Positions 22,869-40,699 of a stretch of 64,000 nucleotides of DNA are shown here, in pieces; positions within the stretch are counted from its first letter, which is position 1; each line of letters starts with the position of its first letter. The stretch comes from the human T2T-CHM13v2.0 reference genome, Homo sapiens. The translations under genes and the position numbers were made by a program. The DNA lies in the NCBI RefSeq assembly GCF_009914755.1, contig NC_060932.1; one strand, written 5' to 3'. The notes below the pieces were generated by a model. It made no database searches and was not told where the DNA came from. It saw only the letters and a list, made by a program, of their open reading frames with translations.

Positions 22869-23419
22869 TTACTTCTCTACATTCTCTCTGGTTGTGGGGA
22901 TCAGGTTAAGATATTCAAGAAAAAGGTTACACTGAGGGTTCTGGAGTATGCATATTTTATGGTCAAGAAACAGGCCCCTCATTGTGAGTTTGTGTGTGTC
23001 AATTCTAGCTGAAAACCTAGTAGAAGAAGAAAAATATGAGGGACTTGCCAAATATTCTACCTTTATAATCGCTTTGGCTATAAACAAAATGTGTTTTAAC
23101 CAATAAATTAATAAAGTTATAGCTTAAAAATCTCAGGATATATCCTGCAACACAGAATAATGACTTATTTTTGAAGAAATATTTAAGCAATATATTTTCA
23201 TTTGGGGTCCAAACTTGTTCACAAGTGTACCTCTTCCCCTTGCCTTTGAAATTAAAACCATTTTTTACATCTGCAGTGCTGTGATGAAGAGAAAGATGTG
23301 GTTCTGAATGCTTTATCGTCAACAACTGAATGTTGAATTAATGTCCCTCTCTTTCATTGTCTATTTTTCAGTGACTTTAGCACTGTAGGAAAGATGAGCC
23401 CCTCACAATGTGGAAATGC

Positions 23420-24060
23420 ACGGAGGCAGAGCGCGGGTTTCCCTGCAAGGGCCCCTTTCCCACGGGCTGCACTGAAATTGTGTGGCCCTGCCCTGACCCG
23501 ACCCCTTCCTCTGCAGGGTCCCCGTATTCTGTAGATTTTCCTCACAATTCTTCTTGTTTCTCCTCACAATCAATCCTCAATGAGGTCACAGGGAGGACAT
23601 GTTACAGCCTGCTTCTATTATCTATCAGAAAGCCCTCCCTAACCCCAAATTTATACATTTGTAAAATAATGCTAAAGTATCCCAACAGAAAATACAGAAT
23701 AAAACACGTGGCAACAGCCCTGAAAATGAAGTCTTTATGGCTGTTTCAGAAAAATATCCGGGATACTCTGCAGCGAATCTCCCTTCTCAGCAGTTAGGGC
23801 TGCGGACAGGAAGTTTTCCTCCTGATGGACATCGCCTTAGTTGCCCCAAAGCCAGGGCGGCGCCTCCTCCCTGACCAGAGGAAAGGAAACTCACGTACTT
23901 CCTGGAGACCCAGCCCCGCCTCCGCAGGCAGAAAGCGCATGCGCCCCGGAGGGCGGGACGGCGTGTTCCCTCGCCCTCTGCCGGCCATGGGGTTGCAGCG
24001 CAAGAGGCTTGGCTTCTACCGCTTAGCGATGGACCTAAGTCTCTGAATGGCTGAAATTCT
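23420..24060. promoter_or_regulatory. CpG-rich element with NRF1 motif GCGCATGCGC (copy B)
   Basis: Paralogue of 8020-8660. Confidence 0.5.
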
Positions 24061-27000
24061 GGTTTAGATTATTCAGTACCTTTCTTTTGGAGGATCAAAT
24101 GAAAATAGAGCACGGTATCATTTGCTTTGATGGAAGATAACTGAAATAAAGAAGCAACGTCCAAGGACCATATACAAAAGGCGATTGATTCCCTGTATGT
24201 GGACGGAAGAGGAGCTTGAATAAGAGAAGGGTTCTGTGATACTTTAATGCTGGAAAACTGCTGCTATGCATTTGTCAAATCCCATACAATTTTACTGCAT
24301 AAATAGTACATCTTAATGTGGCTCAGGACTACAGCTTATGTCATATAAGATTTGGGGGAAAATTACTATTTAATTAAATAGGTTAAACTGTGAACAATAA
24401 TGTGAGCCCTGCCTGGACCAGATGGCTTGCCAAGCAGATGGCCATCCTCATCCTCACACAGTACTTGACAAAAACCCTGGCTTCAGTGTAGAATCACTTG
24501 TGGAGAATTTTTAGGATGTACCACTTCCACCCATGAATTAGCCCATTTAATTGGCCTCAGTAAGTCCATGGTTTCAGGATTTTGCAGTTTGCTAAAAGTT
24601 CAATGTCATCCCAATTTATTTCCTGGAACCATTTCTCCTTGAAGTTTACATTCAGTACTGAGATTTGCTAAAAGCCAATGCATTTCCAAGTTCTAGAGTC
24701 AAATCAGACGACGCCTCCTTGGTCAGAACTTTTATTTTGCTTGCGGAAAAGTATATTGAATCAAATATAAGAAGGGTTTGCATGGTGGCTGAGTGGTTAA
24801 GGTGCTTTATCTGCTAGTCCATAGTAAGGGGAGCACAACTGTGTCCTCTGTGTCATAACTCAGGACTCATGAATAAAACGTGGAGTGTCAGGAGATGAAC
24901 TTCTACTCCCACCTAGGGGAGCTTCAAGGAGAACGTCTCAAGGGCTTTCTGAGGGAAAGAAGAGCAGGGATGCCTAATTCTCTGGCCCCAGGCAGTTGTT
25001 CATGGGCAGAGACAAGGGCTGGGGTAATTCAATGGTTTATACTGGGTGTTTTTGATACTGCCCCCATTTCCCTGTTAAATCTGTGTAATGGATCACTGAG
25101 AAACCTGGCACCTGGGGCTGAAGATCCCTGTTGTGTCAACTCCAGGGATGGATCCAGAGAAGTGGTTTTGGTGGAAGTTGGAATGAAGGGAGTTTGGCTG
25201 TGGGAAGAAAAAAAAGCTGTTGATGATGGGGAAACGGGAAGAGAAGGATGAAATCTCTACTCACATGCTAAGGATAGCTTATGCAAATCTATGTGTCAGA
25301 CCTGCATAAATAAAACTAGAACTTTAACAACATATTAGATTTTTCAGCAACAGGTTTTATTGTTTCAATATTTGCAAGTATTTTTCTATTAAAAAATAAT
25401 AAAGTTGCTTACATAATTTTGTATTCAAAATTCCCAGGTCACATAACTGTTATACATTTACACTTCACATTTTTAATGAGTAGATACATTCTCTAAATTA
25501 TGAATTATTTGCTCAATTGTGTGTTAGTTTTTTCTTTTTATTCTCCATGACTCCGTTTTCTGACCTGAAATCTGCAGTATTTGGTAATCCACAAGATGAT
25601 CAGTTGCCCTTGTAAAGACTTTCCTTTCCTATTTCCTTCTTAAGAAAGCATTTTTTACTGAGTTTTTTTGGTAACATACCAACGGTGGTACCTGGCTGAA
25701 TGTTGGTTCACAGTGAGTAGAGACCAAGGCTTCTCTCAAATGGAGTCCCAAATTCTTTACAGAGCTAGGAATTCTCTACTCTGAAAGTCCTGTGTGTTTT
25801 AAGTTAGAGCTTTTGCAAACTATTTATTATATTGACAGTTTTCATTCTCATGTCATTCTCATGTCATTTATATTCATTTATAGCACCAAGTGTCCCCTCC
25901 TACTTGGAGAGATAATTTTGTTCTGTAGTTAGTTTAAAAAGTCTTGACTCTCCCCTCATCAAGCTGCCTTGTCATTCTGTACTTGGGTCTTGGGGCAGGC
26001 AAGGTCAGTAGGAGATGCCAGTAGAGAGTAACCACCACTAGCTTCACAAGAATGATGTGCTGTGACGAATTGTGATAGGGTTTTTCCTTCTCTTTGCCCT
26101 AAAGATTCTATACCATATTTCATGCTCTGGAGCAAGAGCAACTTCTTTCTCATGGTTTTAATCACAATAATCTGATTTCAAGCATTTAATTCCTTTTTTT
26201 CCAGAACAACTCATTGAATTATCAAAAATATGAAATTAAGGATACCTACTTATTGGCTTGAACTAGCTCTGAGCAATTTAGTAATCATGAACAGAATGGC
26301 TCTGCTAGAACAAAATTCCTGATCACTTCAGCCCATCCTTGAAAATTTGCAGAGAGAGGTCAAGGGAACATACACTTCCCTGAAAATTGTATTTTACAGA
26401 CCCAGTTAAAAGGCCATGTAAGGAAATAATGGAGACAGTAGAAGAATAGACTTACTGATTAAACTAGGTTTTGACTGTTAATATAAAAAAACCAATACCC
26501 TTTCCAAGAGCACATTGAAATAGTGTAAAATACTAAGTACTAAAAGATATTTCCAAAATATAATAAAGACTAAAAATCTAAAGAGGCCTCATCATCTGAA
26601 TCTGAAACAAAAGAGAATATTATTAAGACTTTTTAAAAAAAACCCTAATGAATTGGGGATCTCTTTCCTTTACTCCTCTGCTGTGGTTGGTCAGAATCCC
26701 CTTTCTATTCTGTCCTCCACCTCTCTCCTGATTCTCTTTGTCTGTGTCATCTATCCCACTATTTCTTGCCCACGTAACTTTCACTATTTTTTTCAACACC
26801 TTCTACAAAGCTTCTAGAACTCTTTCACTATCACTGCTTTTCAAAATCCATCAGAGACAGCTTCCCAATACTCAACGTTACCTTCTTTTTCAACCTCACT
26901 CTCCCTAGCTCCCTGGCTCTCTGGTTCTCTTTTGGCCTCTCTTTTTCTCCTTATGCCCTGGCTTCACATCTACATTCACAAGAAGAGAATGAAGAAGCCC

Positions 27001-27809
27001 CCTTCCCAATAAGAGCACGCCTTACACTGGGACTCCAAAATCTAAGCACACCCTGACAGGCACAGCCAGTGGAATGAGATCTGGGACAGAAGATCACAGG
27101 GCGTCACAGGACTGTGGCCGGTGATGTCCAAGCCGAGGGGGTTCAGGGGCCTCCCCGAGTCTGTGACTAAGGAAAGGCCTGAGGGCAGCAGGGCAGTGTC
27201 CCAAGAGACGCGAGGATGAAGGAGGGGTGCGGGCAGGGTGGAGGGCCTTAGAAGACTACTGATGTCTAAGAAATCCCAAAGCCAGCGGGAGGTTGTGGCC
27301 TTCCTCCTCCTGGCTTTGCCCACAAAGGGCCGCGAGGGGTGAGAATCCACTTCCGAGTGGGGACTTAGACGGGGCACTGGGTGGGGAGGGGAGAGGGTGA
27401 AAAGACAAAAGACACAAAAGCATGGCGGGGCACCAACCTCCCAGTGTCTGACAGCGACGTAGGGCTACTGCAGCTGAGACACGTAGGTGCGGGGATTGTG
27501 ACGTCGGCAGTGACACCAGACGCCAGATCCTAGGTGTGGAGGATGGTGACACGGAGTTGTGAACAGAAAATATCAAAGTCCACTCCAGGAAAGGGGCCTT
27601 TCATCCGGAAAACCTGCATCCGGGTCCGCCGGAACCTGCGGTCTCAGGATGGGGTAGTGGGCCAGAAAGAGGGCAGAGCCAGTGTGGACCAGGCCTCAGC
27701 ATCCCTGCTCTGTCCCCAGGGCGTATCGGGATCTGTCCCCACTTCCGGCCAGTGCAGCCTTGGTCTCCGCGTTTGCCACAACGCGAGTGTTTTACGTGCA
27801 GTGGGGCTA

Positions 27810-28450
27810 GGCTGCTTCCACCAGTTGCAAGTTGAGTGTTTCCGACACTTTATGGTCAGGGTAGTCAGACCACTTACAGTGGTTGATGACCCGGTTCATT
27901 CTGCACAAATTAAAAACAGTTTAGGAGGCTGGGTGCGGTGGCTCGCACCTGGAATCCCAGCACTTTGGGAGGCTGAGGTGGGCGGAGTTTGAGACGAGCC
28001 TGGGCAACAGAGCGAGACCTTGTTTCTACAAAAATACAAAAACTTAGCCAGGTGTGGTGGTGGGTGCCTGTGGCCCCAGCTCCTCCAGAGGCTGAAGCAT
28101 GAGAATCACTCGAGCCCAGGAGGTCGAGGCTGCAGTGAGCCGTGATGGGGCCACTGCACTCCAGGCGGAGCAACAGAACGAGACCCCGTCTCAAACCAAA
28201 CCAAACAAAACAATAACAACAAAAGTTTATGGCAGAAGTTCTTCTTCCTCTCTAGCGTGAGTGGGTGGAGCTGCACATCTTGAGTGGAGCAGGTCGTGGC
28301 GCCTTCACGACCCAGGGACCCCTGGCTGGAGGTGGCTGGACCAGGACCCCCACCAGCCCAGTCAGAACGGGCCATTTATTGTCAGAACTACAATGTGAAT
28401 TGCCACAGTTGGCCGGTGGGGAGCGTGGAAATTCACACCAAGGATGAGGA
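27810..28450 (+). pseudogene. Possible decayed SCAN-domain coding relic, interrupted by an AluJ
   Basis: Fragments CFRHF, LQWLM, QFMAEVLLPL*REWVELHILSG/EQVVA, EVAGP, CHSW...EIHTKDEE resemble the SCAN consensus. By eye only. Confidence 0.35.
27928..28225 (+). mobile_element. AluJ element (internal deletion), TSD-like a.agttta
   Basis: AluJ diagnostics (gagcccaggaggtcgaggctgcagtgagc) and a degenerate A tail. Confidence 0.9.
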
Positions 28451-29840
28451 ATGTAGGTTCCTTTTCTACTCCTCAATCACCCGGGAGGCAGGGACAAAAG
28501 CAAGGGCTCTGTTCCAGGGACTTTTTGAGCCAGGACCTGAGCTGGGCCCAGGAGGCCCGAATCATTGCTTTAAAAGAACAAAAGTTACTGTGTATATTAA
28601 TAAATTCCTTTATCCATCTTTATATTTAATGTGTTCTTTTCACATTTCTTAAGATGAATCATAAATCTGAATTCCTTTGAGACAAACGTGGATGACATCC
28701 CCTAATTTTCTTAGGTAATCGTTTTAGAATATATTGTAATTTCACATATTTCAGTGTTCTCAGCGCTGTTTGAAAAAATATTTTTAATTTAAAATATGGG
28801 ATAGTTTAATGTTTTGTTTTCTGTTTCAGAGTATTTTGTGTCAACTATGGGTATTGAGGCATGTAAAATGCGTACCTTTTAGGAAATACATGATTTTGTT
28901 TAGAACTAATGAAAAATTAAATGTTCAATATTTCCATGGACATTTACCAAGGGATGTCTACTCTCACACAAGAACATTTTTTAAAATAGCAAAACTGCAT
29001 TTTCAATTTTCAATAGGCCCATTAATATCCTTAATAAATGTTAAAGTGAAATATGTAAGTTAGCATTTCATTTTCTACATTTCCTGATTTTCCTTTTTCT
29101 TAAGTGCATGCTAGCTGGATTTTGGAAAGACCAAATCCCAACTGTTCACACTGCAAAGATTTCTCAAAGATTATTTCCAAATGAGGGTACCCTTCTGGTT
29201 TTCCCATAACTAATACCAGTTTCTTTAAATTTTAAGTTTTTTTTTTTTAAAAAATCAATATTTTGATTCAAAACGGACTTAAAACTTGAATAGCTTCCCT
29301 TAGGTAATTGAACAGAAAGAACACTGGGATTCATCAGGGTACTTGGGGGATCAGCCCTGCTCACTGCTTCTCCAGATTTCCAGAGCTAAGTTTGTTAAGT
29401 TTGTTTCCCCTGAGCTGAGCTCATACCTCCCATAACTGCTGGGAAGTGGACACAGATTAAGGAGCCAGGATTGTATGCAATTTCAGTTGAAGAAATTCAT
29501 ACATCTGAGCCTTCCCATTTAGTTTTTCTGCAGCTCCCTCTCTCTTCACATAGGAGCCAAGTAATGTAGCTCTGCCTGTATGTACCGTTCAGACACTTCG
29601 ACCTTCTCTACCAAATATTTTGTTTTTTGGTTTCTACAAAATATGAGTTTGGGGAGTCTTCAAATAGACTGAATTGATTCCTCTTGAGTCTGCACGGGAC
29701 ACACATTGTCTACATTTGGAAGCCCCTTACGAGAAACTAACCCACTAAATGAATGTCTGGGTAAATTAAGGTCTGCTCACTGTGTCTCTGAGTCTCTGAT
29801 TCCATGCCTAGAAAATGGATCTGATAAAAGACGAGGAGTG

Positions 29841-30123
29841 GGCTGGGCGCGTTGGCTCAGTCCTGTAATCCCAGCACTTTGGGAGGCCGAGGCGGGTGGA
29901 TCACGAGGTCAGGAGATCGAGATCATCCTGGCTAACGCGGTGAAACCCCGTCTGTACTAAAAGTACAAAAAAATTAGCCGGGCGTAGTGGCGGGTGCCTG
30001 TAGTCCCAGCTACTCAGGAGGCTGAGGCAGGAGAATGGCGTGAGCCAGAAGGCGGAGCTTGCATGAGCCAAGATTGTGCCACTGCACTCCAGCCTGGGTG
30101 ACAGAGCAAGACTCCGTCTCAAG

Positions 30124-30154
<31 letters not shown>
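29841..30154 (+). mobile_element. AluY-like element
   Basis: gatcgagatcatcctggctaac, ggagaatggcgtga, gcggagcttgca, A tail. Confidence 0.93.
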
Positions 30155-30157
<3 letters not shown>

Positions 30158-30859
30158 GAGAAGTGAAAAAAATGACAATACATTGAAGCATAATTTTTAA
30201 AATTATGATTTATGATTACTATCTAAAACAAGATTTTTCTGTCCTACCTTAGAAAATTTCCTTAGCTTTTCCAGAAGAAACTACAACTCTACCAAAGCAC
30301 AATGGTTGTAGGAAGGCTGTTTGATTGGGTCACTAAGAAGTCCTGATGAGAAGATGGTCCATCTAAAATGCAATGCAGTGTATATAAGGCAACATGTGTC
30401 CACATCACTTCCTGGGCATAACCAGCCCTACCTCCTCAGAGGGGATCTGATCCTAATGCACATGCATTTCCTTGGACAAAGGTAGGGAGTCTGATTCAGA
30501 GCTGCTCCAAAGCCTGTCCATGCAGAAGACTTTATACCTGTAGTTCTTGTTCCTACCTTGAATGTGAAGGAGTACACTCAGTTTCAGAGTGAGAGTTTTG
30601 ATCTCTGTAAGTTCTATTTGAAAAGACCAGCGGTTGACCAAAAAAAAAAAAAAAAAAAAAAAAAAGAGGTACAGCCAAGGATTGGAATAAAGTCATAGGA
30701 ACAGAGTCAAGCCCAGAAGAGCAGCAGTATTGAAGGACAATGGGTTAGGTTGCTAAGATTGATGGTGATCCTTATAAGTCAGCCTGTTACACTGTTTGCC
30801 TTGGGTCCACAGAGCTTTGTCATAGCTCTCTCTTGTAAGTTTCTTAAAATCACTAAAGA

Positions 30860-31037
30860 GGCTTGCTTGAACTCAGGTGTCTGAGATCAGCCTGAGCAGT
30901 ATAGTAACACCTCATCTCTACTAAAATAAAAAAATTTAGCCAGACATGGTGGCATGTGCCTGTAATCCCAGCTATGATGGTGCCACTGCACTCCAGACTG
31001 GGAAACAGAATGAGACCCTGTCTCAAAAAAAAAAAAA
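30860..31037 (+). mobile_element. Deleted Alu (AluJ/FRAM-like) fragment
   Basis: Partial Alu arms with an A tail. Confidence 0.75.
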
Positions 31038-33967
31038 TCAGGAAAGTGCCCCATTTTCTACTACTCAGATCCTGTTGAGTTTCAGTGATGAAGGAGAGGT
31101 GGATCCAGACACCTGGAGCACCTCTTACTGCAGTTCATCTAAGTCAGCCTTTACCTGGCCCGCTCTGCTGTTCACACAGCCGGAAGGGCTTGTGCACGGG
31201 TTAGAAGACTACAGTTCTCTCTGTCATCAGTTTTCCTGGTTTCTCATACAGCCCCTTCTCCACATATAGATAGTGGAGATTTTGCCCAGGGGATTCCCTC
31301 AAGGTCTCAGTTTCATTAAACTTGTCAAGGCTTCCACAGATTGTTTTGCCACCTAGTGAGACTTGTTTCGAAAAAAAAAAAAAAAAAGTGAAATGGGAAA
31401 AAAATTAAGTGGCAAATGAGAATGATAATAGTCCTCACAGGTGAAGGTGTCCATAGAGACAGAAGATAGGTGGCTTCATTTTGGTCAGCAGCTCACCTGG
31501 GCCAGTGGAATGTCTTTGTTTGGATGAAAAGGACCTTTCTATACCTCGATATAGACAATCAGGGACAGAAGTGCACCATATGAGCAGAATGGCTTTCATA
31601 AGAGAACAGAGAGTCCTTAACATTTTCGGTTCAGTTCCCCAGAAGAATGAAAGTGAGCAGTTTTGAATGGAAATAATTGTCAAATGGGAACATAAACTAC
31701 AAATATATTGGCAACAAAGGAAGTTTAGCAGCAATACTCCTTCAGTTTCAGTTAAAGTGATTTACGCTAAGTTGATAAACCAGTTGGTTTAAATGGTCAC
31801 AGGACATTTTGTCTGTGAAACCTCTCTGGACCCCAATGACTCCAGTCGTAATTAGTCTAAATGCACATGTTCTAAACTCCCACAGGTCTCGGATCAGGAT
31901 GTAGAACTTAACACATGGAATGTTCATTTGCTGTACATGTGTCTGTCTACCCAATAAAGTTTGAGCCTCTGTTCCTGGGGTTGAGCAAGGTGAACCACTT
32001 GGTCATGCCCTCTCCATACCTCCTTTACAAATGGAAAAGTGCAACACAGTGATATGCCACTGGACATGAAGGCAGCAATCCTGGATTTGAGCCTGAATCT
32101 ATTTCTGCAACTAACTGGAGGTGTGTGACAGAGATCAATGGATCTCAGATGCTTCTGTGTTCAGTGATCAACAGGTCTCAAATGTCACTGTGCAGGAGAC
32201 TTAATTGGAAAAGTCATTTTACAAATTTAGATTCTGAAGAGATCCCCATTTGAAAGTGTTAGAGTGGGGCATAGAGCTCTAATTATAAGTATTCTAGGCT
32301 AGTTACACTGACTATAATTAACCAATATAGTTCTGGAAGCAGGGACTTAAGTGATCTCTAAGGCTACTTCTAGTTCTAATATTTGAGTGTTCTAAGGATT
32401 CGTAGACATCTGAATATAAATCTTAGACTAATTTTTATGGTTTTTCAATTCACATGGGTGTGTGTATGCTCGTGTGTGTGCTCATACATCATGAAAAAGT
32501 AGAACTATTCCTTTACTTCATGCAAAGTTCAATCCACAAATTATAAGTAAATTTTAGATAATTGGCAGTGAGGGTGAATTTGTTAACACCAAGTTTGACA
32601 GAGTAAGAGCAGAGGCTGAAGATAATAAGACACTGATCTAGAACAACATCAGTGAGGAGAAAGAGGGAAGGAGATAATTGCATTAAGATTTACAGGGATT
32701 AATAAGCAATTTATGCAGATTAATGTCATGAGTAAATTGTGTGACTTATTCAGAAAAGTAAGCATTCCTGAGTAAACCTCTACTTTTAACCTGAATGTCA
32801 AGTAAACGATAGTAATATTTTCTAAGATTTAGAATATTAAATGAAGGCCAGATTTGGAAGCAAACCAATAAATTGCAATAAAGACATTACCTTTGAAGTG
32901 CCTATCAGAAATCCACTTAGAGTAGCTCAGTAAACTTAAATTGGATACACAAGTAATGGAAGGTTGAAAAGGCACAGAGATAACCATACAAAAGGGATAT
33001 CGCCTTTTAACATATAGGAACAAAGGAGTAAAGTTACTCTCAGGGGCTAGCGCCCAAAATTATCTTACTTGTACGCAGCTAGAGCTTGAACCTATGAGGA
33101 GGAGACACAGTACCAGGTGCCCATGTCTCCTAGTGGGTTACACCACATCAGTCACGCTTAAAATTTGAAGGGAGCAATGCTCAATGACTGATGTGCAGGC
33201 AAATGAGGCAGAGGCACTTGATAGCCAGTGTTCAGACTTCTGAGGAGGAGACATGGTCCAACAGGTGCTTGGATAGACAAGGTGCATAGAAAAGCAGATT
33301 GTAGCTCAGCCGGTCCTCTTAGAACCAAGGAGGTAGAGCTAGGATGCTGCTGGTCCTTTTCTGGCGTATTTGTGGGGCTGCTGAGAAAGTGGAAAGAATA
33401 TAAAGCCTGAAGCCTGGAGCCAACCATCTGCTGCTATTGGAATGGGGCTGACAAAAACGGCATAGAACAGATGCCTTCACTCTTGGTCTTGTTTTCCACT
33501 CTCCTGCTAATACCTTTCATTAAAGGTGCTAACAAGAAGCTAACTGGCCAAGCAGTATAACAAATGCTGTTTTCAGAGTCCCAGCACAGCACCACAGAGC
33601 AGAGTAAAGAAATCATAAAAGTAAAGAAGTAACACCATGTCATTAGTCCATAAAGAGTGGGAACCATGAGAATGGAGGAGATTGTTTGGAGATAACACGT
33701 ATAATAAGAAGAGAATGAAACATAGGTGAAAGCAATCCTAGCCAAGAGAATATGAGGAACAGTCAGCAAAGAAGACTGAGAATGTGTGGAGAAGACAAAG
33801 AGAAATGTCCAGCAGACAAACATTCTCACGGCCAGAAGAGAGAGAAATTAAGGTGCAGGAGATAGATCACCTTGTAAAATGTTTCAGAAAGGGCCTGAAG
33901 GATGAATACTGGCCATAGGTCACTGGAGTTGGCCCTGGTAATTTATTAAGAGAAAAACTACTATTAA

Positions 33968-34681
<714 letters not shown>

Positions 34682-36294
34682 TAAGAGATTTCTATAGGTT
34701 GAGAAGGAAATAGGGTATAAAAACACTGGAGACAGGAAATGTATGCTATATTTCAAGTCATTTGACTGACAGAGAAAGAAGAGGAAAAATAAAAAATGAA
34801 GAAACGAGAAAGTCTAAACACACTTAGATTCTCAAAGGCAGTTAGTTTTATCTGAGACAATGTTTAAGGAATTTCTAGGGAAAATGCAGAACAGAAAAAT
34901 CCTCTGATTGAAACAGATAACTTTACATATTTTCCTCCAGCATAGTTTTCAGAATAAGAAAATTAGCACCATGAAGACAAGTGGCAATACCAGAAGATCT
35001 TTCAAAACACATTTTATTTTTTATTTTAAAACATTTTACACGTTGTCTTGTTCCAGATTTTTTTTCCTCTTTTATTTACATCTCTACAGGAAGCCAGCTT
35101 AACTGAATAGAGAAGGACATTTTCTAGAGCAGCGCAGAGGGATTTTACTTCTTCTGTTCTGGGATGGTGTACTATAAATCTTCTACGATGAAATGGTCTG
35201 TGATATATGCTTTCTTCTGCTGGAAAGCTGGGACTCCAAATTTTGGCAAATTAGGGAAAAGGTAAGCCTCAGTTTGCCATTGTTATGCTCTGAAAGGGCA
35301 GGGTTTGCAGGATTACAAAAGAGATTCTTAGAAAGTGTCTTTTTTTCTTTCTATGGTTTTTTTTTTTTCAGTTTGTTTCAATTTCTTCCTCCATTTAACT
35401 GTTCACCTGAACCCGCTGAGAAACGTTCCATCTTTAGGACTGCCTTTTGTTGTTCTATTATCTTCCAGCCTGCTATTTTGTGGACATGCTAAGCAGACAA
35501 GTCCAGAAAGCCCGAAGTTGGAATATAAATGTGACTAAGTCAGTAACTGTATAATCTTCTTCAGTCTCACTCTCCTCATTTGTAATAAGGGCACTGAATT
35601 CGATGACCTTTGGGGAACTTACTGCTTCAGAAACCCATGATTTGATCAATTCTCACTGCAAATGGCCAGAATGAAGATGTTGCTCAAGCTACAGCCAACT
35701 TGAATTTTGATATGGGTGCATTTCATTCTAAAACTTGATGTTTTAGATCGAACAGGTAAATGAACAAGAATCTAAACAGTTCCTACCTATAAAAGAGAGA
35801 AAGGAGTACATGACAGTGATACTGCTGAAGCAGCCACAATGAGCATCTAGCAGGTATTCCGTTTACTGAGAGGTTCAATCTGCTCACATTATAGATACCA
35901 GAATCCTGGCACAGAGGGCCCAATGTCCTACATCTGTTTAAAGCCAGAGCTATGACTTTAGAACTCAATTCACCTGAGTGCCAGTCCAACCATTCCATTC
36001 CATCTGTTTTATCTGTGTATTCAATGGCTCACATTTATATAAAGTAAAAGAAATCATTAATAGGCCCTGTGTCAGGAACTGAGAGTGCAAAGGTCAACAA
36101 GATATAGTGTCTGCCTGGAAGAAGTTCACAGCCTAGGAAGGGTATCTCCTTGTAGCACTGGGAACTGGACAGACATGGCTTCAGATAATCCAACCTTTGC
36201 AGATCAAAGAGAGATGGTCCAGGGAGATTTATCCCACTGATATCGCAGCCAGAGAATCTTCACCTCTTTGTTTCTTGCAGCTGGTGCTTAGTTT

Positions 36295-40145
<3,851 letters not shown>

Positions 40146-40699
40146 CAGTGGAGAGCTGATGAAGGAAGTGCAGTAGCTGGAATCAAGCTCTTTTATCAAG
40201 GGGCATTGATTAAAATATGTTCTACTGCCCTGAAGGGACTGGAAGTCATCCTCGGTTTGTAATGTTCATTGGGAACATACTATTTTCCATGCTCCACTGA
40301 TTAATGTGTGGGCTGATGGATCAGATTTTAACTAAACCACATTTGTGGGAGACAAACGCAGAGAACCCTGCCTTTCTGCCTGGAATATTCTATTCTGTGT
40401 CTCTGCTTAGACTTCTCTCATTTTTCCTTCAAGTCTTATCTCAAGTATTACCATGTCTATAAGATATATAGCCACCACGCTTTTCCTAGTACATGATTTT
40501 ACATAAAACCTATTCTTAAAATAATAATTAAAACAAACACACAAAAACCTTTAATTTTAAATTCAGGAGTACGTGTGCAGGTTTTTTTTTTTTTTTTTTT
40601 TTTTGACAGGGTCTCGCTGTATTGCATGGAGTGCTGTTGCTTAAGGAGAAAAGGGTTAATCCATTGAAAATACATAAAAACCATTAACATGTTTTTATA

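Noticed and set aside
30382-30487. Strong TATATAAG followed by a possible donor AAG|GTAGGG
   Set aside because: No signal-peptide ORF or partner exon; such motifs occur by chance.
33228-33410. ORF with C...CC (KADCSS...LGCCWS)
   Set aside because: Cys spacing does not fit a defensin, and the region looks like an old MaLR LTR.
35188-35267. MKWSVIYAFFCW... ending at AG|gtaagc, resembling a defensin exon 1
   Set aside because: Phase 2 rather than phase 1, short hydrophobic core, TATA too close to the ATG, and no + strand six-Cys exon downstream.
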